From Perkinsus chesapeaki ATCC PRA-425 (lineage: Eukaryota; Protista; Perkinsozoa), in contig JAAPAO010000150.1 of assembly GCA_013115145.1 (NCBI GenBank), positions 1 through 61,862 of the forward strand: a stretch of 61,862 bases of DNA. The letters are read 5' to 3'. This document shows positions 52,717 to 61,862 of the stretch, piece by piece. A program made the translations under genes and the position numbers. Below the pieces are notes generated by a model. The model was not told the DNA's origin, ran no database searches, and worked only from the letters and a program-made list of their open reading frames with translations. The number at the start of each line of letters is the position of its first letter. Within the stretch, counting starts at the first letter, position 1.

Positions 52717-53122
52717 AAAGTCAAAATAAGACAAAAACACTGAAAAAGACTAGATTTACAATGGACAGATACAAAGCCAGGGATGATCAACAAGACGAAA
52801 TAAAGATGCAACTAACACATACCATAATTCCAGTAAATCACAACTAGCTTGAGCGGGACAGCTAGTTTGTGTCGGGCTGATAACATTGTGTCGCGTGTCT
52901 CCTGTAGCAAAAGGCTTCTTCACGTATGTGATACTCATGCGAAGTACCTTTCCCTATGTGGCTTGCAGTATCAACCTTAACAGCAGGTCACCGAACACAC
53001 AATCATATGTCCCCTTGTCACAACCCTCTGTGTGCTACTATTTATCACTTCTCTTTCACACAAAACTCAGCATCGAGCCGAATATATGAGAAAGTGAAAG
53101 AGTAGAAGAACGCCGTACAATA

Positions 53123-54200
53123 TCAAGCGACGCTGGGAAAGAAGCAATCATAGAGACGACCGTCATTCTCGGACATCCTGTATTTTCCATAAATGTAACC
53201 AGTCTTAAGATTTAGATCGAAAGCATTATCGCCTCGAATATAGTGGATCGCCAAGGATCGCCGATGAGTATCTCGGGCCCTATTGGGAGGGCTGCCATGC
53301 CAAGTGTTTCCCAGGTGAAAGGAGCATCCTCCTCTTGGCAGTGATATGCTCCGGACTAAGCCAGTGTATCTGATCAGCGAGTGCCCGGAAACCCTCTAGT
53401 AAGCTTACTTGTGCGGGCAAGCTGCGAAGACGTCATCGCCACCTGTTAGAATTGAGCCAGACTCTTCACTGCCACGTTTAAAAATGGCATCCTTATCCTC
53501 TGAAACGGACCAAAGGTGACTTCCCTCGACATACTGGAGAGGCGAGTTCTCTTCACCGACGGGATCAAGCGCGATCCACAAAGTAAGCAAAGAATTGTCC
53601 TCGAAGAAGTTGAAGTAAGCCGCGTCCGTATGGCCCTTAGTAGCACTGTTGGCAGTGGAAGGTGCCTTCCACCTGATGACAAGACTGTTCTGCTGAGACT
53701 TCCTCGAAACTGACCACAAATCGTCCTGAGCAACTCTGATGGATTCCCATCCAGTAACAGCCTTTGCGAGGGAGCCCAGCTGCTTGCTGAGAACGATGCC
53801 TCCGACAATGTCATCTGATTTCCAAGCGTTCACAATTTCGCGAGGAGCAGACTCTTTGGAAATTCCTTCGCGCCAGTGCCATTCATCAGGGAACCTGCCA
53901 GACAACCCACTATACTATCCACAACTCAAGACCACTCACACGCCAGTGTCGAACTCGCCTCTGAAGATCGCTGGGAACTTGTTTGCCAAGGTCTCCGCTT
54001 CGTTGGGAGACAGCAGCTGGTTGATAGTGGCATAACTGGAACAATACAGAGAGTTGGCGAGTTGCAGGCGATAGTGCCACCCACCCCTTGGCCTTGAGAT
54101 GCGATTGGATGGCTTCCACTTCGCTGACCGTGGGCAAGCTGATATGAGGGTGCAGGGCACGGGTGTGAAGGAAGCATCGCTTGGCCGAAACTCGAATCAT
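53123..54200 (-). CDS. Phytanoyl-CoA dioxygenase (PhyH)-family Fe(II)/2-oxoglutarate oxygenase, multi-exon
   Basis: GHTD, LTLWIALD, LQYVEGSH and FHLGNTWHGSPPN..RRSLAIHY (HxD...H triad + Arg); presequence-like N-terminus. Confidence 0.88.
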
Positions 54201-54416
54201 TTAGAACAGATAACGCTCGGTGCCATCGTTTGTTAGTAGCAAATGTGCCTCCGATCCACGAAATGGGTATGCCTGCTGGGAAGCTGCGTAATGAATGACC
54301 TTTCGAAGGACCTAGTCTACAAGTTGTAGCCTACAACAGACCAGCGTTCGAGGCTAAGGTCGGTTGGATTAAAAAGAACACAAAACCACTATTAACCTCA
54401 TGATGGACCGAAAGAT

Positions 54417-56918
54417 TTACATGTCGAATTCGTCATCATCGTCGCCCTCGGTGGCAACAACGGCCGTGCTGCCGCCGAGGCTGCCCAGTAGCTTCGCGAT
54501 ACCAGCAGACTTAGACCTGTCTGCCCGACCGCCGCGCTGCGAGCGTACAGCAGGAGCGGCCTCCTCTTCAGACGAGGAATCACCGCCGCCGACGGCCCGC
54601 TTCAGCACAGCACTCAATGCCGTACTCTGATCGCCCAACGCTGAGGCAGATCGATAAACTTCCGGAATAGGTCTGCCAACTCCAGAAGGCTCTTGGCTGA
54701 ATTCCTCTCTACTATTATCTCTGACGCTTGATGTCGCCAAAGCGCCCCCTTCTTGTCCTTTACTCCCGTCCAAGGGCGCCTCGGATTCTGCAACTGCGCT
54801 GTCTACCCTTGGCTTATAAACCTGATTGTTCCTGCTGCTTGCGAACGAAGAGCTTTCTGCTGCCACAATCGTGTCGTCATTCGCCTGGCCTAGCTGTGTT
54901 GAGGGAATATTGACGTAACGAGGCCTAGCCTTCAATTCAGTCCGCGGAGCTGTGGGAGTGGAGCTACCGACATCGGCTTTGCTTTCGGTTCGTGTGGCGG
55001 AGAGAGTCGAGCCAACCGAGGCTTTGATGTTAGTCCGCGTCCCGGGAAGACTGGCATCTTGGCGGCTATCTTCATGCTTGACAGCGAAGCCCGGGCCTGC
55101 ATAATTTTTCACGGGCGAGGATACCTGCAACTAAAGAGCACTTCTGATGCAACCTTTCCGAGGAACCTACTGCATCCACCATGGCGGTGTAGCCAGAGCC
55201 AGTGTCGAGCATCGACTTAGGATACCTCAACAACACAGTGATAGGAAAACTCGGAACTGTATCCTACTCTATTGACCATAATGTCTCCCTCATCTTGTCG
55301 AGTCTTTGAGTCTCTGTAGAGCATTCAACTGCCAATCTTTCCAGCGTTCGCAGTGGCTCAGTAAGAGCGCTTGACATTTACGTGGCTGAATGACTTTTAC
55401 TATCTGCATTGAACCATGGTAGGAGAGTCCAGTGATTCTTCCGTATCCTTCCCCGACAATAGCAGCCGAAAGGTCAGAGCCTCGGGTGGACGATGCCCCC
55501 ATCAACCGATACTAGGAACTCAAGACGCCAAGATGAACGGCAAAAGCGCACATTCATGAACAGCACAAGTAAAGTGTTATCATTCTAAAGGCCTTTCAAT
55601 GACTTCAACTGGAGTGTTGGCGGGAGCCGGCGGCGTGGTGCTTATCAGCATTGCTATGCTCGGTGGTGGCTTCTTCAGCCTTGCACTTCTGGGAACCTGT
55701 CTACCCGTATTGCAGTCGAAATTTACAGTGGCTCACATTGTCTGGTTCTGAGCAGGGAATCGTAAGAGACACTGGTGAGCCAGCCCGTCTGTAAAAGCAG
55801 TAGTACTATCAGTCTCAATGAGAAGCTCACCTCGACGTCGAAGACACAGTTCCTATTCTTGAGGCCGTAACAGATGACGAGCTTCGGCTTGCTGGGGTTA
55901 TCCCATCCTTGATAGAGCGTGACGATGCGCTTACACCTGTACGGGAATGAGAGGAACCAAGCGCGGAGTTGCTACCGTCCTTGAGACCGAGTATCTCCCT
56001 CTCAGCAAGCAGTATTTCTGTTTGTGATCTCCTTAGCTTGTCCAGACCCTTGTCCAGCTGTCGCTCTCGATAAGCTTTCTGTTTCTCTATCAGATTCCTT
56101 TGGTCGTTGATCTCGCGAACCTTCCTTGATATCGAATCCTGTCTCGCCCGAGCACTCCTGAGCCACCGCGCTGTGATCACGTCAGCATTCGGCCTACTTA
56201 CGAGACTTCCGCTCTTTTTCGTTCGATATCTCTGGCCAGGGAGGCCTTACGTTTGGCCAGTGCCCTCCCAGCAACCCGCTGCTCTGCAACGGCGTGGTTA
56301 AGTCTATGCTTTAGTCTGGAGGCGTTTTCATACCGAATCTTCAGCGAGGGAAGTCGCTGGTCTCTCTGACCCAAGACTATTGCCCGTGTAAGCGACTGTG
56401 CCCACCTGTTTGTCAAGCTGGGCTTCGAGTAAGGCAAGGCTTTTCTCTTGCTCTAGAACTTCCCGTAATAGAGAATTTCGTTGCCGCTTAAGAGTTTCTA
56501 TATGCCCGGCGACTTCAGAAATCTCTACTTGGCATCTATGATATTTTCCAGACCATTCTCGTACGGCTACGTCCACCTGAGCATGACGCGCCCTAAGATC
56601 TTAAATAACGTTAATAAACAACCACTTCCCGAGACCTAGCGATTCCACAATTACAGTCTTCTAGTGCGAACATGAGCTCTAGAGGGGACACTACTTTCAC
56701 ATTTCACTCTCATAAAAAAGATTCTAGACTTGACTGGGTTTGTAGGTTACCAGATAGCCCCGCGAGAGACCTACCCCTTCTTTGCCAGAGACGCCCCTCC
56801 TGGACAATGGAGGATTGGCCAAGCTACGAGCTGAAGCTAGAGGATCATCACCGGCTACGAAAGTGACTGGCCCGAGAGCAGGAACGCTCTGTGCTGCCGA
56901 TGATGGCGCTTTTAACAT
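54417..56918 (-). CDS. Hypothetical coiled-coil / Ser-rich protein, multi-exon; start uncertain
   Basis: Successive minus-strand ORFs with coiled-coil composition and GT-AG boundaries; acidic C-terminus GDDDDEFDM. Confidence 0.55.
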
Positions 56919-58252
56919 TCTCAAAAGCTTATCTAGTCAATTTAGTGCAGACTACAGCGGGTACTTTCGCGCGCCGCTAAATTGCTCGCCGCGCCCTTAT
57001 CCGTCTTTACGGACGTTCCGCCTACAGTAAGTATGCTAACGATTATCGGCTACCTTGCTAGGCACAGGGGTCCGAGCAGGCGCAGGTCTGTGACTTCAAG
57101 AGGGGTCAAGGGCCCTAATCTTTGCAAACAAGTCGTGTATTACAGTATATGTCTTATTATACGCGGCTTGAGAAGAGTCGTAAGTTTTGCTCCCCTTGCA
57201 TGCCCATTGTTCTTCAAGCCGGAGAGGCTAGCGATAGGAGACACTTTTGAAATTATTCCCGTACTCGGTTGAGTGTTCAAGAGAAAGGAACGTGATGTTT
57301 TCACACCCAACACCCAGCGGCGAGGTGAACGTCTTGCACTGACAATGAACTCATTTCGTCGGTTTTGAAACATTCCAGAACGAGTAGTGACGAGGTGTAT
57401 TGAGAACGGCGAAATCCCGCTCGACTCGGTTCTGGACAGGAAGACCGCCGCGGTCTCAATTGTGGCAATCGATGGAAGCTGGGGCCAGAATTATTGAGAA
57501 TTGATTAATTAGTCTTGTTGAGATCTAGCCAGAATTAATATGCTAGTGCATATCAGTCTTTCGTGGAGTGGCTCGGATGAGGGTCTTTGAGATTCTCGAG
57601 AGGCTGGCCGATCTAAGGCCATCTCAGCCACGCTTGCATGTGACTACCGCATTAGCCGGCAGGGAGTGCCTGAGGGTTACCATGGAAGATGTGATGAAGT
57701 AGAGGGATCCAGGATTAGTGACATGAACTCGTATACATTTCAGTGAATGTTTACCTTGCCACGGTCCACGGTTCTGCTGAAAGGCGTACTGCTTGGAAGA
57801 GGTAGACATTGTGGCTCGATGCAACACATAAACCTGGCGAAACAATAAGTTCAATGATGGGTAGTGAACTCAAGCAAGACTCGAAGCAAACAAGCTACTG
57901 TACTATCACCAGAAGTACAGTTACAAGCGCAATCTAAAGCGCGAGTTTGGTGTCACCGACATAACCTCTCAAACCCCACACATACTGACCCGAAATTCCG
58001 GGTCTACAGTCTCCTCATACTGTAGTATCGTTGAAATACATGAGGAGTTGAAAGTTTTTCACTGCATTTTTGCGTGAAACATGCGCAAATACTGCTCCAG
58101 GCTCTGGACTCCAGAGTAAAACTCTCAAAAGTGCCCATGTAACATGCGCCATGTTGTACGCAGTCAATTACCGGAAAGTGAGCCAAGAGTGAAAGAGCAA
58201 TCCACAGTGCATCCTAGCACATATACTGTAAGCTTTCAGGGGCCTATTTCAC

Positions 58253-58384
58253 AAGCTTCTTTAAAGAGCCTTAAGAAGCTTAATAGGCACGTTAAGAAGC
58301 TAAACTGGTTCCATAACCACCTAAACCGTACTTCTTAAGCTTCTTTAAACCAAAACCCTTATTAAGCTTCTTAAAACCACCTAG
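58253..58384. repeat. Cluster of alternately oriented AAGCTTCTT(T)AA motifs
   Basis: At least 5 copies on both strands, plus AACCACCTA twice. Confidence 0.8.
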
Positions 58385-58891
58385 GAGGCAGTCCCAGCTC
58401 TCGGACTGAGCTCAGAGTCATGCTTCATGACTAACTATTGTCGGATGTGGGAAAAGAGTCGATTATTCCGTATATCCATCGTTAGTTTTGGTCTTGGGCA
58501 TGAGAAGCCCTACCAGTAGCAACCCAAAGCAAGTGTGCTCAAAATGGGCAGTTTGAGGGACGCGCAGGCGCGCATGATTTAGTCTCATGCCTAGTTTTGA
58601 CTTGTCGCTCGTGTTTGTTGAAGTTTTGCAACAACCTTCTCTTTCCTGATAACTGTATCCGGTCGACTAAATTATGATATGAATAGGTAATAATGTGCTC
58701 TAGTATCATACAGTCTGTACGATACAGACACACAAAGTACTTTAAAAGCAAAGAATACTCGGGGAGGGGGAGCTTAGAAAAAACAAACGATCTTACTGAG
58801 CACAATTTGCTCAGCTCATCAAACATGAGGAGACTCTACTGAATCAAGGAAAAATGAGTTGAACGCATTTCAACTGATGGGCACCGATGAC

Positions 58892-59303
58892 TCAACAAGG
58901 GTCCAACTCTAAGCTCATCACGGCAGTCTGGCCGACAAAGCTTGAAGTAAGTGTGTTGGCATCCTTTTTGTACGAGAACCTACGCAGGCTTCCATCGGCG
59001 TGAATGTCGAAACGCGTGTTGACCTCGTCAATAAATTTATGGTGGTCGTCATCACTACTGTGGTCTACAACGTATGGGTAAGCGTGCGGGGTTATCTTCA
59101 GGTGTGGTGATGAAACCATAGAGGAATGACACAAGACGAGGTCCACCATAACAGGAGGGCCGTGTGGGTCAAAGTTAGCTACAGTTGTACACGACAGGAC
59201 GGGATGAGGTTGGGGAACTCACAGTGGTAGAGAGTTTCTAGAAACCATTGGGCACGTCTCCCTCGGACCAGCCGTTGATGAGAGCTAATAGGAGAACGAA
59301 CAT
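58892..59303 (-). pseudogene. Secreted-family gene disrupted by an 11-nt insertion
   Basis: MFVLLLALINGWSEGDVPNGF, then TAG. Removing 11 nt and the 44-nt GTGAGT..CTGTAG intron restores GFYHSNFDPHGPPV, homologous to the 45863 gene. Confidence 0.65.
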
Positions 59304-61304
59304 TGTGGTAACAAAGAGCTACACAACAGTTTAACAGCTTATCACGCAAGGGTTTCTCATTTCGGGTCATCCGAGCACTGTAACGTCCTGTCCCTAGATT
59401 ACCAAGATTCAGTTACTATCTTCAACACGCGGCCGCTGACTGGCGTAAGGTTCAAACAGTCATCTGGCCTCAACGAGGCTCCAACTCTTACAGCCAGTAT
59501 GAGCCGCCTAGAAGAACCTCGGTAAGGGAGCGACGCTCCCGGAGCGTTATCATCCGCGTCACTGACGCGGCGTCAGCATCGATTATTCGCACGAACCACT
59601 GTGAGGGCCTGATCATTGTATTCCCAGTCATGCACCACATCCTCCTTTGGGATGCCACTACGCTATTTCAAAATCCGATTATATAAGTTGGTGGAAGCTC
59701 AGAGCAGATTGGTAAGAGCCGAGATCGAACGAATAAAGCCCATCTATCGATATCGCCAAGCACCTGATGCCACCTACAGCTACTTTGCTGTTTGCTATGG
59801 AGTGACCGTTGGGCACGTGTGGGGCTCCGTTGGCTATGCGTGTCTGTTCCTGCGTGTAGTCATTTATCTACGCCGCGACGTATATTGGGTTGAAAATCTT
59901 CCAGGATGTTCTTCACGGCATGGAGGTTTTTACCATCCCGATCTCATAGTTGGCGGGTAGCCTCTCGTGAAACCATCTATAACTCAAGTATGGCTGCTGC
60001 AATTTTGCCCGGGGAGCTTGTGCATGCGTTCTTTCACATGTTCATGCGTTAATTTTTTCAAAACGTGCATACATCTAACAATACGCGTGTGACACGCGGC
60101 GTGGCAAGACATGCCGAGGCAAGATTGGGTCTTAATTTCATCGTAGACATGTTACGTGGACTCCAAACCCGAATGTGGCATAACATTGTTAGTAAACTTG
60201 TTATCATTCGATCATATGTCAAGATCAATTTTATCTACCCCTGGCGCATACGTGGAGTGCCCCTCTCAAAAAGGCAAGATGTTGAATAGAGTACTGTAGT
60301 TGTTGAGTTGACACTGAAGCAATGTCGAATGACAGACATAAAGTACACCTCAAACGCTCATGTGATAGTGCTTTTTCGCATTCTAAACTGTTCTCAGGAA
60401 TCTACAGTAGTGTGAACTATTTTCTGTACCACTACCGGGCCGGTACTACCGGTTTGGGTTGGGGATATGCACAAGTTGTTCCGAAGTTGCACAGGGTGAA
60501 CTACGTTTCGACAAAGTATTGGCATAGAGAACATCTACGCCGACTTCAGTAACGAAGAAAGTGTGATGACACGAGAGAAAGTGAGTGTTACATACGTTGC
60601 TTATGGCTACTGCTGTGCAGCTGTAACTGCAGTGTAGTACTACACTGAAATTGTCAACAATATCGTCACGACAGTGTCGTGGATTAGTTTTACCCCTTTA
60701 GTTACTACAGAGTTATTTGGAGCTCCTATCCCCACAGTGCCCCGAGCGCCGAAAATATTTACTTGCTCACGCCGTGTGCACTGTGGTAAGAAATATTTTA
60801 GGGCTTGCAACTCGGCTAAACACATGGAAAGGTGTGGTGCGCAGCCTTCATCCTCTGTCAGAGGTGGCTAGTAGAGGCTTGGATCCATTAGACGTTCTGC
60901 CTTATGGGCCTGGCTTCTGGGGGTTTTCAGTGGGTACGGCTTAGCGAGTCCCACAGTATCCTTGTGAGGTGCACACTCCAAGGGTCTCCTTAACTGGATT
61001 TTCCCCCACAGGCTGGTGGATGCGTCAAAAAAAGTTACTACACTCCAGAGTCTGAAGTTCAGACTCCGGGTTGAAAGCGATGGATTGGGAGTCCCAATTT
61101 GGGACAGTGTCCAGATCCCGCACTATAAAGGATCTGGAAATCTCGATCGCCCAGGACAGCACGAAACGGCTCGGAGATCTTGTGGATGCCAACCTTCACC
61201 TTTGGTTACGAGGATGAACGTACGATTCATTAGTTCATGTATATCGTCAATTCATTAGCGTTTAGTGACTCTTTGTGCACGCATGAACTCTGTGTGAAGG
61301 TTGA

Positions 61305-61326
61305 ACCGTAGCCATCTTGGCTCAAG
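61305..61326 (+). other. Exact Perkinsus spliced-leader (SL) 22-mer in genomic DNA, not followed by GT
   Basis: ACCGTAGCCATCTTGGCTCAAG, followed by TTCTTTTTATAG rather than an SL-RNA intron donor. Confidence 0.92.
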
Positions 61327-61386
61327 TTCTTTTTATAGTATTTGCTCTTCAACTCCCTCCTATCGCGTCGAGTATTACAGTTTGGT

Positions 61387-61611
61387 ATGGAAGATACTAA
61401 CACAGGCAATCCAGAAAGCAGAGTCAAACCGTGTCTTTTTCATTTCACACGACTACACACGCAAGAGCCAAACAGAGCACGCTCACCAAACACGGCTCCA
61501 CAGTTTCCAACTGAAACACAACCAGTGAATAACGAAATCCTACGGTATAATGATACGCGATCGCGTATGATTCATTCTTCGGACTCATCTCGAACACAAC
61601 CAGTAGCCTGA
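61387..61611 (+). CDS. Short intronless ORF (74 aa) 60 nt downstream of the SL relic; putative retrocopy, possibly decayed
   Basis: First ATG after the SL (MEDTNTGNPESRVK...); no recognisable domain; TQPV occurs twice. Confidence 0.35.
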   Translation: MEDTNTGNPESRVKPCLFHFTRLHTQEPNRARSPNTAPQFPTETQPVNNEILRYNDTRSRMIHSSDSSRTQPVA

Positions 61612-61862
61612 GAATCACAACTTGGGATTGGGTTGAGAGACAAGCCTAATCCAACTGGTATTCTTGCCCCCAGTCCGAATTAACTGGAAGGAGCATACGT
61701 GCCGCCTCGATACTGTTGAAAATGATGTTCCTATAGACAACTCAATGCCAAATGGAACGAAGTGAACAAGTCTTTAACAAGTTCAACTGAATAATAGTGA
61801 TACTGATACTATATCTATTCTCATTCACTTAACTCGTTCTACAGCATGCATTAGATATCTCT

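Noticed and set aside
46186-59240. Alternative genetic code (TAA/TAG reassigned)
   Set aside because: Conserved genes here end in TAA or TAG and have no internal stops. The internal stops occur only in decaying family members, and the 59238 TAG comes from an insertion
60640-60825. IFGARGTVG Rossmann-like motif in a short ORF
   Set aside because: Isolated motif with no preceding start context or downstream dehydrogenase features
61048-61066. GAGTCTGAA-G-TTCAGACTC palindrome
   Set aside because: Single isolated 9-bp inverted repeat with no associated feature

Overview
Gene-dense eukaryotic genomic DNA with many short (mostly 40-60 nt) GT-AG introns. It is almost certainly Perkinsus (Perkinsozoa, Alveolata): it holds an exact copy of the Perkinsus 22-nt spliced leader (ACCGTAGCCATCTTGGCTCAAG) and several members of a signal-peptide + P-x-G-x-Y secreted family typical of the genus. 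From 1 to 43.9 kb there are about 22 genes: a tRNA-Val inside an intron of a WDR78/DNAI4 dynein intermediate chain, a Mei2-like RRM protein, two dynein-light-chain-fold genes, a cyclic-nucleotide PDE, two intronless bacterial-type metallo-beta-lactamase-fold genes, kinesin-3, dihydrolipoamide dehydrogenase, UPF0489, two tandem mitochondrial EF-G2 paralogs, RPA12, ATP12, NOC2 and CCDC148. From 43.9 to 49.7 kb is a mosaic of decayed duplicates and a minisatellite. It is followed by an intronless CD36-family gene, a PhyH-type dioxygenase, a coiled-coil gene and a gene-poor end. The strongest leads are (i) a genomic spliced-leader relic pointing to mRNA retro-recycling or an SL-targeting element, (ii) tRNAs and tRNA 3' halves sitting against intron 3' splice sites, (iii) a probably horizontally acquired, duplicated membrane-anchored MBL pair, and (iv) patchwork gene conversion between the EF-G2 paralogs. 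All gene models were read by eye, so exon boundaries and some termini are approximate.
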